A DNA stretch of 59,820 nt, filler included, from a bacterium (lineage in GTDB: Bacteria > UBP15 > UBA6099 > JAJRTR01), in NCBI GenBank assembly GCA_024278215.1. It is 3 parts of 3 records of this genome, joined end to end, with 100 filler letters (N's around TTAATTAATTAA, not from the genome) between each part and the next. Parts side by side here need not be neighbours in the genome. Positions count along the whole stretch, not along the records: positions 28,790 to 46,115 come from JAJRTR010000029.1; positions 46,216 to 59,820 come from JAJRTR010000030.1; 1 more part is not named here. One strand, 5' to 3'. The notes below the pieces were generated by a model, which ran no database searches, was not told where the DNA came from, and saw only the letters and a program-made list of their open reading frames with translations. This document shows, one piece after another, positions 39,931 to 50,538 of the stretch. Both the position numbers and the translations under genes were made by a program. Positions within the stretch are counted from its first letter, which is position 1, and the number at the start of each line of letters is the position of its first letter.

Positions 39931-40974
39931 TTATTGTGCGGCTGTTATCCACGCTTCATTGAAAACAGCGTGTTTTATCGAGACCCTTTTATATGTGTAT
40001 GTCACGTGTATCAGGTTGTCGGAAGTCGTGATTATCGCGGGATAAGAGAATTCTTCACCTTTTTTATATTCGAGGTTCCTTTTGGCCGACCATGTTTTAC
40101 CTTCATCGGTCGACAGTGCGACAGTGAGTGTATTTCGATTGTCGGGCGAATCATTATAAGCGAGTGCGATGTGACCGTCGGCAAGCATAACCATATCGCA
40201 GGCGGAATGCGGGTTACGGACATCCGTTGTATAAGGTTTGCTCCATTTTTTTCCGTTGTTTTTTGATCTCGACCACCACATCAAGCCGTTTTTCGAGCCT
40301 GTGCGCATACCGGCGAGCAGCGACCCGTCTGAAAGCTGCACGACAGTTGGTTGCAGGTTTGTGCCGGGTGACCTTATCACACTTGACATCTTCCATTTTC
40401 GGCCACCATTCCCGGATATCAGGAATTCGGAGTCGAACAGGACTTCATTGTATATCGGTAGCAGAATGTAACCGTTTTTCAGTTGAAGCGGTTTGTTGCG
40501 TGTCATCCATCCTTCGCGTTCGAGCATCTGCACGGGTTCCGACCACGTTTTACCCCGGTCGGGCGATTTCTTGAAGAAGATGAGCGCCTGGTTCCAATTG
40601 TCCTTCATGATAGTTACAAAAAACAGCCACAGTTTATTGTCCGGTCCGAACCACAGCACGGGGTTGCCCTCGCTTTTGTCCGGCGTGTCGTGCAGTATCC
40701 AGGGTTCGGACCATTTTGTTTCGCCCCTGCCGAGCCGCGCGCCGTAGACGGCGACATTTTTTGCCTTCTCGTAGTCGCCTCCGTAATATGCGGCGAGGAT
40801 ATCGCCGCCGGGCAGTTCCACAAGTGTCGATCCGTGACACTGTTTGATGTCGACCTTTTCCGGCTCGAAAATAAGTTCGCTCCGAAAGTATGGATTCTCA
40901 TCCGCTCGCACCGTGATAATATCGAGTGCCGAAAAAGCAATACATATCAGGCATGTTATCAGTACTGTTTTCAT
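39931..40974 (-). CDS. BNR/Asp-box sialidase-family protein
   Basis: Signal peptide; Asp-boxes SPDRGKTW, SGNGGRKW, SKNNGKKW, STDEGKTW; FSYP. Confidence 0.85.
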   Translation of the reverse strand: MKTVLITCLICIAFSALDIITVRADENPYFRSELIFEPEKVDIKQCHGSTLVELPGGDILAAYYGGDYEKAKNVAVYGARLGRGETKWSEPWILHDTPDKSEGNPVLWFGPDNKLWLFFVTIMKDNWNQALIFFKKSPDRGKTWSEPVQMLEREGWMTRNKPLQLKNGYILLPIYNEVLFDSEFLISGNGGRKWKMSSVIRSPGTNLQPTVVQLSDGSLLAGMRTGSKNGLMWWSRSKNNGKKWSKPYTTDVRNPHSACDMVMLADGHIALAYNDSPDNRNTLTVALSTDEGKTWSAKRNLEYKKGEEFSYPAIITTSDNLIHVTYTYKRVSIKHAVFNEAWITAAQ

Positions 40975-41073
40975 TAGAATACCACCTTAGTGATTTCGTG
41001 ATCCGGCGTTAGCCGGAACATAAACAGTATTATATCCCGGAATTCTTAACCATTCTGCTGCATAGTCGGATTA

Positions 41074-43671
41074 TCATTCGAGAAGCAGATCGCCATTCAG
41101 GCGAATGTCACGCGACGAACTACCGATCTGTATCTCGAATAGTCCCGGTTCGGCTGTCCACCGCATCCTGTCCGCATCGTAGAAGCTGAGAGCCGCGCGG
41201 CCGATCTCGAACACTACATTTTTTGTTTCTCCGGGTTTCAGCGCGATCTTTCGGATGCCTTTGAGTTCTCTGACAGGGCGCTCGACGCTTGCTTCGTCGT
41301 CGTGAACATATAGCTGGACGACCTCTTTGCCAGCGCGTGATCCGGTGTTCGTTACATCGAGGCTGACCTTCACGGTTTTATCGCCGGGGCCTATATTCTT
41401 CGGCTCGATCTTCAGCCCGTCATATTTAAAGCTCGTGTAGGAGAGTCCGTAGCCGAATGGGAAAACCGGCTCGATGTTTTGCTTATCGTAATACCTGTAT
41501 CCCACGAAGATACCTTCGTCGAAATGTACTTCGCCGTCTTTGCCGCTGCCGGGATAATTGCCGAACGCCGGGCATTGTTCCCACGAGCGCGGATATGTTA
41601 TCGGCAGCTTGCCGGAAGGATTCACATCACCGAAGAGAATCTCCGCAACGGCCCGGCCGCCTTCCTCGCCGGGATACCATGCTTCCACAAGCGCGGCTAC
41701 TTTATCCAGCCAGCGGTTTATAACCAGCGGCGTGCCGTTTATCATAACGACAATCGTATTGGGGTTTGCGGCGGCAACAGCCTCGATAAGGTCATTTTGC
41801 AGACCTGGCAATTCGATGTTGTCGCGGTCATGGCCTTCGCCCTCGAAACTCCTGTCGAGGCCGACAACGACTACAGCCGCGTCGCTGTCACCGGCAAGTT
41901 TCGCCGCCTCGCCAATAAGGCTCCTATCCGGGCGCGACCAGCCAAGTTTCACAGTTGCCGGACCGCCGAGATCAGAATATTCAAAACGGATTTTGTAGCG
42001 CCTGCCTGCCCTGAGTTTTACAGAACCGGACTTTGCTTTCCGGTTGTCTGTCCCATAATTATGCAGAATCGCCTTACCCTTTATATATAAATGTGCGGCG
42101 CCGTCGCCGATGGCGGTGAAGGTATATCGACCGCTAACCGGCGGGACGAGGACACCTTTCCAGCGGATAGTGAATCTGTCACGGTTGACCTTTTTGTCCG
42201 GCGATTCGGATTTCCAGTTGAAGTCGATTTGTTTGTAGACACGCGACAGAACCGGCTCGCCTGTAACATTCGCGGAATTGAAGAAATCGGCGGCAAGGCC
42301 GTGCTCGCCGCTGTTGACTCCGGCGGGTATGAGAAATGTCGACGGTATCACCTCGAAGTCGACGGGAACCCGGACATCGCATCCGGGCGCGTAGCGGACC
42401 TGGACATCGTCGCCGGCTTCCTTGAGTATCCCCTCGAGCGGCGACACGCCATAAGTCGGTGTGACTTCCGAACTGCCGCCGCCGCCCATGCGCGCCACTG
42501 CGGCGTTGGGGCCGATCACGGCCAGAGAGTGGATTTCGTCACGATTTATCGGCAACAGGTTGTTATCATTCTTCAGCAGCACTATCCCCTCGCGCGCCGC
42601 GTCGAGCGCCACGGCGCGGTTCTCCGGCGAGTCCGTCCAGTTGCCGTCGACGATGATTTTTTGATCGAACAGGCCGGTGGTAAACATAACCCTCAATATG
42701 CGCCTTACCATGTTGTCCAGTACCGATTCGGGCACGTCTCCATTACGCACCGCCTCGATCAGTTCGTCGTCAAGGTACTTCCCGCTGCCCATCTCGATAT
42801 CCATACCGGAAAGAACCGTAGGCACAGTGCTGTGCACAGCGCCCCAGTCGGACATGACAAACCCCCTAAAACCCCATTCGTTCCTCAGAATATCCGTCAG
42901 CAGATGTCTGTTTTCGCAGGCGTGCACACCGTTTATGCGGTTGTATGAGCACATGATCGACCACGCGCCGCCTTCCTGCATAGCCGCCCTGAACTGCGGC
43001 AGATAAAGCTCGCGCAGCGTGCGTTCGTCAATCTGCACACTGATCGAACCACGGTTTATCTCCTGATTGTTGACGGCAAAGTGTTTGGGGGTGGCGACAA
43101 CATTCAGGCTCTGCACGCCTTTAATATAGCCGACAGCCATGCGGCCCGCGAGGAAAGGGTCTTCGGAGAAACTCTCGAAGTTGCGACCGCCCATTGGCAC
43201 ACGGTGAATATTTATGCAGGGACCGAGGATAATGTTGCGGCCCTTCGCGAGAGTCTCGCGCGCCAGTCCCGCACCGACACTCTCCAGCAGTTGTTCGTTC
43301 CATGTAGAAGCGAGCGTAACACCGGTCGGGAAAGCCGTGGCTTCGCCCCAGCGCACGCCGTGCGGCCCGTCAGTCATGCTTAGGCGCGGAATGCCCAGCC
43401 GGGGCACCGGGGCCGTATCCATTCCTGTCGACGGATCGCCATGCACAAGCAAGTCTTTTTCATCGAGTGTCATGCGGTCCAGCAGGTCTTCCACTCTCTG
43501 CCCCGTCGGCGCGTCCTGTTTCATATACAGCGGCTGTTCGGTTTCGGAGCCGTCGGCGGCAACGCTGCCGCCCATCACTGAAACAAGCATAAATATCACT
43601 ACCGGAATGAGATATGGAATTCCTGTTTTTACTTCTGTGCATCTTTCAATGATCGTTTGAATGTTTCTCAT
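41074..43671 (-). CDS. GH3 beta-glucosidase with PA14 insert and Fn3-like C-terminal domain
   Basis: DGPHGVR, GGRNFESFSEDP, KHF, MSDW nucleophile, PA14-like insert, FPFGYGLSYT. Confidence 0.93.
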   Translation of the reverse strand: MRNIQTIIERCTEVKTGIPYLIPVVIFMLVSVMGGSVAADGSETEQPLYMKQDAPTGQRVEDLLDRMTLDEKDLLVHGDPSTGMDTAPVPRLGIPRLSMTDGPHGVRWGEATAFPTGVTLASTWNEQLLESVGAGLARETLAKGRNIILGPCINIHRVPMGGRNFESFSEDPFLAGRMAVGYIKGVQSLNVVATPKHFAVNNQEINRGSISVQIDERTLRELYLPQFRAAMQEGGAWSIMCSYNRINGVHACENRHLLTDILRNEWGFRGFVMSDWGAVHSTVPTVLSGMDIEMGSGKYLDDELIEAVRNGDVPESVLDNMVRRILRVMFTTGLFDQKIIVDGNWTDSPENRAVALDAAREGIVLLKNDNNLLPINRDEIHSLAVIGPNAAVARMGGGGSSEVTPTYGVSPLEGILKEAGDDVQVRYAPGCDVRVPVDFEVIPSTFLIPAGVNSGEHGLAADFFNSANVTGEPVLSRVYKQIDFNWKSESPDKKVNRDRFTIRWKGVLVPPVSGRYTFTAIGDGAAHLYIKGKAILHNYGTDNRKAKSGSVKLRAGRRYKIRFEYSDLGGPATVKLGWSRPDRSLIGEAAKLAGDSDAAVVVVGLDRSFEGEGHDRDNIELPGLQNDLIEAVAAANPNTIVVMINGTPLVINRWLDKVAALVEAWYPGEEGGRAVAEILFGDVNPSGKLPITYPRSWEQCPAFGNYPGSGKDGEVHFDEGIFVGYRYYDKQNIEPVFPFGYGLSYTSFKYDGLKIEPKNIGPGDKTVKVSLDVTNTGSRAGKEVVQLYVHDDEASVERPVRELKGIRKIALKPGETKNVVFEIGRAALSFYDADRMRWTAEPGLFEIQIGSSSRDIRLNGDLLLE

Positions 43672-43720
43672 AGCATGTCCTTTCCAGGCGATGTGTATGT
43701 TTCATTAGATTATGTCTCTT

Positions 43721-43770
43721 GAGCCGATTGCAAAATTATGATTATGATGCGGGCGGCTGCTATCGGCACT
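43721..43770 (-). mobile_element. Degenerate end fragment of MITE family A
   Basis: GAGCCGATTGCAAAATTATGATT... resembles the TIR and adjacent bases of the copy at 32506. Confidence 0.55.
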
Positions 43771-43930
43771 CCCTGTGCCTGAAAAAAAACAGGTTTTTGT
43801 CCATACATCGTTTAAATATAATATAATATTATTCTATCATACAATACAAAGGCAGGAAGCACGGCAAGTGCGGATTTTTGTAAGTGGCCTGCACAGAGAT
43901 ATTTTTTCTTACAACTACGAAACAAGTATT

Positions 43931-44109
43931 GAGCCAGTTGCAAAATTATGTTCGAAGCGAGGTCGAGCGAAATTGGTCGGAAGCAAGGCGGAGGTGCAAA
44001 ATCCCCGCAGGCGTACTTGTAGAGTACGTCGAGAATGATTTTGTGACGACATCGCTGCTGTTGACAATTGCAGCCGACCGTAGCCGAATCAGAATTTTGC
44101 AATTGGCTC
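43931..44109 (+). mobile_element. MITE family A, complete copy
   Basis: TIRs GAGCCAGTTGCAAAATT / AATTTTGCAATTGGCTC, flanked by TATT on both sides. Confidence 0.9.
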
Positions 44110-44149
44110 TATTGTATAATATTTTCAAAACGGACAGGGGAATGCATCT

Positions 44150-45424
44150 ATGGAAAACACAACAGCACGATATCGACACTACAGGGCACGAACATTCATC
44201 ATTATGTGGATCGTGTATGCGGGCTACTACTTCACGAGAAAAACGCTCGCCGTAGCCACACCGGGGCTGATGGATCAGTATGGGCTGAATGAAGTACATA
44301 TAGGATGGATCAGCGGCGCGTATCTCGGGTTGTACGCGCTGGGGCAATTTATCAACGGCATACTGGGTGATAAACTTGGTGCTCGGGTAATGTTGTCAAT
44401 CGGCATGATCGGCTCAGCGATGATGAGTATCTGGTTCGGGTTTACCACATCCGTTTTTCTGCTTGTCGCGGTCTGGGGTGCCAACGGTTTCTTTCAGTCG
44501 TCCGGCTGGTCTAACAGTGTGAAGTCGATGGCGCAGTGGTTCTCCGTCAAAGAGCGCGGCACGATTATGGGCTTCTATTGCACCTGCTACCAGATCGGTA
44601 GCGCGCTGGCGACAATGTTTGCAGCTTATGTGCTGGGCCACTACGGGCTGAAATCCACATTTGTGTTACCGGCGGTCCTGCTGCTTGTCGTTGCGGTAAT
44701 ATTCATTTTATTTCAGAAGGAAACACCGGAGAAGGCGGGGCTGCCGCCCATAGACGAATATACCGGAGAAAATACAGGTTCAACATCCGGCGACGCTGTG
44801 AGCGAATCCGAAGACGATGATACATCAGTGTTGAAGCAAGTGTTGTCGCACCCGATAGTGTGGCTTATGGCGGCCTCGTATTTTTGTCTGAAATTCGTGC
44901 GTTACAGTCTGCTGACATGGCTTCCGCTGTACCTGACGAAGAAGCTCGGCTATACACCCGAGTTATCGGGCTACATGTCCGCGCTGCCTGAACTTGTGGG
45001 TTTTCTGGGTACTGTTTTCGCTGGTGTCGTGTCGGACAAGCTGATGGGATCGCGGCGCGCTCCGATATGCGCGATGATGTTCCTCGGACTGGCAATAGCA
45101 TGTTACCTTCAATCATTTTTCGGTGTGATGGGGCCTGTCGGGATGACTATCGGACTGTCTCTTGTATACTTTATGATCTTCGGGCCCGATTCGATTATGA
45201 CAGGCGCGGCAGCGATGGACTTCGGCACTCGAAAAGGCGCTGCTACAGCTGCCGGATTCATCAACGGCGTCGGCTCTATCGGGGCATTCGTACAGGCGCC
45301 TCTGCTCGGATACCTCGCGCATAAATACGGATACGATTACTTTTTTCTTATCTTTATACCACTCTCGATCATTCCCTTTATACTAATGCTGACACAGTGG
45401 AATGTCAGAGCTAAGAAGAGTTGA
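44150..45424 (+). CDS. MFS transporter, organophosphate:Pi antiporter (GlpT/UhpT) family
   Basis: YYFTRK, GILGDKLGAR, WFSVKERG, AAGFING.G.IG; 12 TMs. Confidence 0.88.
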   Translation: MENTTARYRHYRARTFIIMWIVYAGYYFTRKTLAVATPGLMDQYGLNEVHIGWISGAYLGLYALGQFINGILGDKLGARVMLSIGMIGSAMMSIWFGFTTSVFLLVAVWGANGFFQSSGWSNSVKSMAQWFSVKERGTIMGFYCTCYQIGSALATMFAAYVLGHYGLKSTFVLPAVLLLVVAVIFILFQKETPEKAGLPPIDEYTGENTGSTSGDAVSESEDDDTSVLKQVLSHPIVWLMAASYFCLKFVRYSLLTWLPLYLTKKLGYTPELSGYMSALPELVGFLGTVFAGVVSDKLMGSRRAPICAMMFLGLAIACYLQSFFGVMGPVGMTIGLSLVYFMIFGPDSIMTGAAAMDFGTRKGAATAAGFINGVGSIGAFVQAPLLGYLAHKYGYDYFFLIFIPLSIIPFILMLTQWNVRAKKS

Positions 45425-45512
45425 TTACCGGCAGTCCGGATTTCCGTCTGCGGAACCGATGCAATTCAAGGGAAATCATTTGTTTTATCGAACAGGAGAA
45501 CCAGAGAATATT

Positions 45513-45914
45513 ATGAGTGTTGACGACCATAAAACCTGTACCGACAAAGAACGCATGACCACTAACGATCTACGTACACATCTGTCGAACGAACGTACAT
45601 TCCTTGCGTGGTGCCGCACAAGCATCGCGATAATCGCGTTCGCATTTGTCATAAAGCGTTTCGATTTTATCATAAATGCCGCGAGCAAAGGCACTATAGA
45701 AACAACGGCTGCATTGCATCACGAGTTGAATTACATCAGTCTCTTCGCTTTTGTCCTGGGCGGCCTGATCGTACTGATATCAGGCTACAGGTTCCTTGCT
45801 CTGAGAAAAATGATTCGCAGGGGCGAAATGTCCATATCGATATTCCCTGAAATCATGGTGATCGTTTCCATGGTCATCATAATAATCATGGTAATCGTTC
45901 TTATGTTCAGGTGA
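45513..45914 (+). CDS. DUF202 (YidH-like) membrane protein
   Basis: HLSNERTFLAWCRT motif; three TMs. Confidence 0.88.
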   Translation: MSVDDHKTCTDKERMTTNDLRTHLSNERTFLAWCRTSIAIIAFAFVIKRFDFIINAASKGTIETTAALHHELNYISLFAFVLGGLIVLISGYRFLALRKMIRRGEMSISIFPEIMVIVSMVIIIIMVIVLMFR

Positions 45915-46024
45915 AGCTATTTAATAACCGTTTCCGGACATTCCCACTACATTGAAATTGCCGGGAAACGGTAGGTGCTGTGGTAAACTCGGCCCGAAAA
46001 AACACACAGATGCTCCGACACAGC

Positions 46025-46114
46025 CTATTTCCTCTTATCGTTCTCTTGTATCTGTTTCATAATCTCATTGAAGCGTTCTTTGTATTCAGGGTGGTTTTTT
46101 AAGTTATTCAGTTC
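46025..46114 (-). CDS. 3' end of an unidentified gene truncated by the gap
   Basis: Open frame ELNNLKNHPEYKERFNEIMKQIQENDKRK* runs in from the contig edge. Confidence 0.4.
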   Translation of the reverse strand, partial: ELNNLKNHPEYKERFNEIMKQIQENDKRK

Positions 46115-46115
46115 A

Positions 46116-46215
46116 NNNNNNNNNNNNNNNNNNNNNNNNNNNNNNNNNNNNNNNNNNNNTTAATTAATTAANNNNNNNNNNNNNNNNNNNNNNNNNNNNN
46201 NNNNNNNNNNNNNNN
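46116..46215. other. Artificial contig linker
   Basis: N44-TTAATTAATTAA-N44. Confidence 0.97.
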
Positions 46216-48332
46216 ACGTGGAAGGCAACTACGACATTCTCAACTACGATGGATTCTTATGTATAGACAACGACGGCAACGCCTGCGTCGGAAGTACTGA
46301 TGGAACAATATACGCTGATGATTTTGTCTGTAATACCGGCAATTGTATAGATACTTCTGACCTGAACCTGTCAACTCTCACACGAGGCACGGGACTTACC
46401 GGCAGCAATTATAATGGATCTGCCGCCACAACCTGGGCCGTCAATTACGGAAGTACAGCCGGGACAGCAGTTGAAGGCAACAAAACACTGGGTATCACAG
46501 CCAATACCGGCATATCCGTGTCGGGCAGCCCGGTCACTCTGGGTACCGGCGGAAATATTACGGTTGGAGTCGATACCACCTGGTCAGATGGTCGCTATGT
46601 GAATGTTACAGGTGATACAATGACAGGCGCGCTGACGATGAGCGGAGCAGCCGCAGATATTACTTTCGACAATGCAGGCGGAAATATTACAACCGCCGGA
46701 GGTACAATCTCCGACAGCGCCGGCGATGTCACAGTAAATGATGCACTTGGAGTAACAGGGGCCATCACAGGATCGAGCACAGTACAGGGAACACGGTTAA
46801 TCTCAACCGTAGCAATCGGCACTGCGCCATTGACCGTCACATCCACCACGAAGGTAACCAACCTGAACGCCGACCTGCTCGACGGCCTCACATCTTCACA
46901 ATTCCTGCGAAGCGACACATCCGATGACTGGAACGGACTTATACAGGGACGGCAGGACGATAACCTGGCGGTCTCCGACGGCTATGTCTGTGTGGACAAC
47001 AACGGCGCCACGGCTGCCTCCTGCGCCGGAACTACGGACGGCACTGTTTACGCCGACGATTTTGTCTGCAACAGCGGGAATTGTATCAGTAGCGACGCGA
47101 TACCCGACATTTACGTTTTCAACACCAGCGACACAATGAGCGGCAGCCTGACTGTTCAGGATAATATATATGTGAACAATCCCGACTATGGGCAGGGGCT
47201 TGTGGGGAACTACGACTCGACGAAAATCCGGCTTGTCTACTCGATGGGCGCGGCCTACATGCTCTCCGCCGACGGAACGGCGCCCGGCAATCTCTACGGT
47301 ATCGCTTATACCCACACCAACTATACCGGCGGCGGAGCGAAGGCGGGGCTGGGACACCAGATGCTGATCATGGCCAACGGAGTCACCACAACAGCTATAG
47401 GAACCGGTATCTGGACAAATGGAAATATCACAACATCTACGGATGACAACCTCTACATAACCGACGGCTCGATCTGCGCAGACGATGCGGGCGGCACATG
47501 CGTGGGAAGCACGGACGGCACAGTTTACGCCGACGACTTTATATGCAACGGCGGCAACTGCCTTGGTGCCGCGGATATAGCCGACGGACTTGGAGCCAGC
47601 GAAATCGCCGATATCTATGTTTTCAATACCAGCGACACCATGTCCGGCACACTCGCCGTGGCCGGCACACTGTCCGCGAACAATGGTATCAGTGTCGATG
47701 GAAACACAGTCATCGACAACGGCGCGGGCTGGCATCGCTCTTATGGGGCCACCGGCTGGTACAACGGCACATACGGCGGCGGCTGGTACATGACGGACAC
47801 TACTTATGTCAAGGTATACGGTGGCAAGAAAATCTGGGCGCCGAGCTATTACGACTCGGACAACACGGCCCGCTATGTGGACCCGAGCGGCAACACGTAT
47901 CTGAACCGGCTCGTGAGCGTTGACGATACGACAAAGGTAACCAACCTCAACGCCGACATGACGGACGGCTACCACGTCAGCACTACAGCAAACGCCGCCA
48001 ATACGATCCCGGTTCGCAACGCGAGCGGTTATTTGTACCTAGGCTGGATCAACACAACAAGCGGCAGCGCCGGCACGACCACGCCGACCAGGATTTACGG
48101 ATCGTATGACAGCTTTATAAGATATTACACACCCGCCAACTTTAAAACAGCTATGGGCACCACCATGTCTTGTCATATAAGAAGCTTCACAGTCGGGTCG
48201 ACTTCCAACTGCAACGCCGGCACGGCGGTTGTCGGCACGATGGACACAGGTTACAACGTGGCGAATCCCGGGAACTTCACCGGCGGCCCTACAAGCGGCT
48301 ACATGATCTGTTGTCCGACATTGCCATGGTAA
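46216..48332 (+). CDS. 5'-truncated fibre/adhesin-like protein (PilV/tail-fibre-like motifs, Cys-rich repeats)
   Basis: Gly/Thr-rich; YVNVTGDTMTG and TKVTNLNAD fibre motifs; GWYNGTYGGGWYMTD motif resembling the conserved region of shufflon PilV; Cys-containing C-terminus. Confidence 0.7.
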
Positions 48333-48404
48333 TCATCTGTTTATCTTCTGTATAGTTTTGCAATTGCTCAGTGTCGGACATTCACAGGAAAGGCGGCAGA
48401 GAAG

Positions 48405-48758
48405 GTGAACTCTTTCGCGGAAAAGTACGACAAAGTAATTCCTCTCGATACGGATATATACCCGTTGGAGAGCATACAGCTTGCAGCCTGCGGTTTTCTG
48501 GACGAAGCTTTCTTTCATCTATTCCCTGAAAGCGGCAGCGGCAGACTCGGCAAGGTCAACGCGGCAATCAAGGCGAGAGCCGGCGGCGACATGAATACAG
48601 ATGAAATATGCGGAAGGTTCGTTAACGAACTTAACAGGCAGAGCTTGAGGATAGCGCTCGACAGGATAAACATAAAAGTGAGAACGCAGATAGTAGGCCG
48701 CGCGCTCGCCTCGGCGATTGCCCCCGCGGAGAAGGAATCCCGGGAAGACGCGATATAA
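48405..48758 (+). CDS. hxsD: His-Xaa-Ser system protein HxsD-like
   Basis: IYPLESI..A, F.NEL..QSLR...VRTQI..RAL resembles the HxsD LLNDYxLRE region; upstream of hxsB. Confidence 0.75.
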   Translation: MNSFAEKYDKVIPLDTDIYPLESIQLAACGFLDEAFFHLFPESGSGRLGKVNAAIKARAGGDMNTDEICGRFVNELNRQSLRIALDRINIKVRTQIVGRALASAIAPAEKESREDAI

Positions 48759-48804
48759 AGTCCGCGGATGGACGGGGACGCCGGAAAAATCCACAGGAGT
48801 TGTT

Positions 48805-49017
48805 ATGACGACAGCAAGAACAGTAACACTGGACGCAAGAATATATAAACCCAGCGCTGTAAAAGCGACGATCAAAGATTATTCGGATGTATCGGACATA
48901 AAGATGGAAAAAGACGGTCGCACAATCATAGTAACCTTCGAGAGCTGGCCCGAGGAGTACGAAGACACTATCGAATTCGAGTTCTGCAACTACACCCTAT
49001 GGAAGATGAGGAACTAG
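48805..49017 (+). CDS. Second, short HxsD-like protein
   Basis: ATG 48805 with AGGAG RBS; IY...AVK..I.DY, EFCNY.L; stop abuts the hxsB start. Confidence 0.7.
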   Translation: MTTARTVTLDARIYKPSAVKATIKDYSDVSDIKMEKDGRTIIVTFESWPEEYEDTIEFEFCNYTLWKMRN

Positions 49018-50472
49018 ATGTACACCGAAGTTATCGACAGAGCGCCCGCGATAAGGAAAGACCTGGGTTTTTTCCGTTTCAGGCGATACAGCGCGAATGA
49101 ATATATACTGACAAACGACCTTGGCGATTATATCTCCATGCGTAAGGAAGATTTTCAAAACCTGGTGCATGGCGGAGAGATGCCGGACGGAGCGATAGTA
49201 GAGAAACTGACTTCGATGGGTATACTGCGCCGTGAAGAGTTCGCCGTCCCGGAGAATATCCACAGGTACAGAAACAAGAACAGGTTTCTTTTTCAGGGCA
49301 CGCTTCTGCATATAATAGTCGGCACACTCCGGTGCAACCTGAAATGTTCATACTGCCAGGCGAGCGCGCAAAAAGGTGCGGAAAAGCAATTTGACATGGA
49401 TGAAGAAACCGCGAAGAGAGTAGTGGACGCCATCTTCCAGAGCCCCGGACCGAAAGTGGACATCGAGTTCCAGGGCGGGGAGCCGCTGGTCAACTGGCCG
49501 ATTGTCGAATACATAATCAACTACGCGAACAGGAAATCGCTCGTCGAGGATAAGGACGTTTTCTTTTCGCTGGTCTCGAATCTCGTTTCCATCTCGGACG
49601 ACCAGCTCCAGTTTCTCGTGGACAACGAAGTGGGAATATCAACATCTATAGACGGCCCCGAGAAGTTGCACGACCTGCACAGGGGAAGCGGCAGTTTCAA
49701 AAAAACGACGGCCAATCTGAAAAAATGTGTGGAAACATATAAGGAAAAGTATGTGTTGAGGCTTCCCGGCGCGTTGTTGACGGCAACTACGGATTCACTT
49801 GCTTACCCGGTGGAAATCGTAGACCAGTACGTGGAACTCGGTCTGGAATCCGTGCACCTGCGGAAAGTCAGCCCCTTCGGAATGGCCTCGAAGAGCATGG
49901 CGAAATTCGCTTATACGGACAGCGAGTTCCTCGAGTTCTATGAGAAAGCTTTTGACAGAATAATAGAGCTGAACAAAGAAGGAACGCGCTTCACTGAAAG
50001 GGCTGCTTATCTGTTCCTTTTAAAGATGATGACGGACTATCCCGTGAACCACATGGACTGCCGCAACCCGTGCGGCGCGGGGATAGGACAGGTCGCCTAC
50101 AACTATAACGGCAATGTTTATACCTGCGACGAAGGCCGCATGATGAGTATGATGGGGCGTGAGGATTTCAAACTGGGCAACGTCATGGAGAATACATTTG
50201 AAGAGATGATGGACAACGATGTCGTCAGAGCCATGTGCGCCTCTTCATGCCTGGAGAGTCTGCCCGCCTGTAATCTTTGTGCATACAAACCCTATTGCGG
50301 AGTATGTCCCCTGTACAATTTCGCCGTGGAAGGCTCCCTTTTCGGCATGGAACACTTCAACGAAAGATGCAGGATCAACAAAGGTATTCTGGACATTATT
50401 ATGAAGAAAGCCAGGGACCCTGAAGTATTAGATATTTATACGAGTTGGATAAACGACATTCTGATAACCTGA
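49018..50472 (+). CDS. hxsB: His-Xaa-Ser system radical SAM/SPASM maturase HxsB
   Basis: LHIIV.TLRCNLKCSYCQAS, IEFQGGEPL.NW, PCGAGIGQ.AYNY.G.VYTCDEGRM, C..CAYKPYCG.CP. Confidence 0.88.
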   Translation: MYTEVIDRAPAIRKDLGFFRFRRYSANEYILTNDLGDYISMRKEDFQNLVHGGEMPDGAIVEKLTSMGILRREEFAVPENIHRYRNKNRFLFQGTLLHIIVGTLRCNLKCSYCQASAQKGAEKQFDMDEETAKRVVDAIFQSPGPKVDIEFQGGEPLVNWPIVEYIINYANRKSLVEDKDVFFSLVSNLVSISDDQLQFLVDNEVGISTSIDGPEKLHDLHRGSGSFKKTTANLKKCVETYKEKYVLRLPGALLTATTDSLAYPVEIVDQYVELGLESVHLRKVSPFGMASKSMAKFAYTDSEFLEFYEKAFDRIIELNKEGTRFTERAAYLFLLKMMTDYPVNHMDCRNPCGAGIGQVAYNYNGNVYTCDEGRMMSMMGREDFKLGNVMENTFEEMMDNDVVRAMCASSCLESLPACNLCAYKPYCGVCPLYNFAVEGSLFGMEHFNERCRINKGILDIIMKKARDPEVLDIYTSWINDILIT

Positions 50473-50538
50473 CACAGGTTGATTATTAAGGAAAAGCATG
50501 TTTTAATTATTATAGGATGGAACAGGGGTGACCCAATA

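Noticed and set aside
46216-48404. Shufflon or prophage around the PilV/fibre-like gene
   Set aside because: No recombinase, alternative C-terminal cassettes, repeated inversion sites or phage structural genes are visible; the upstream context is missing.
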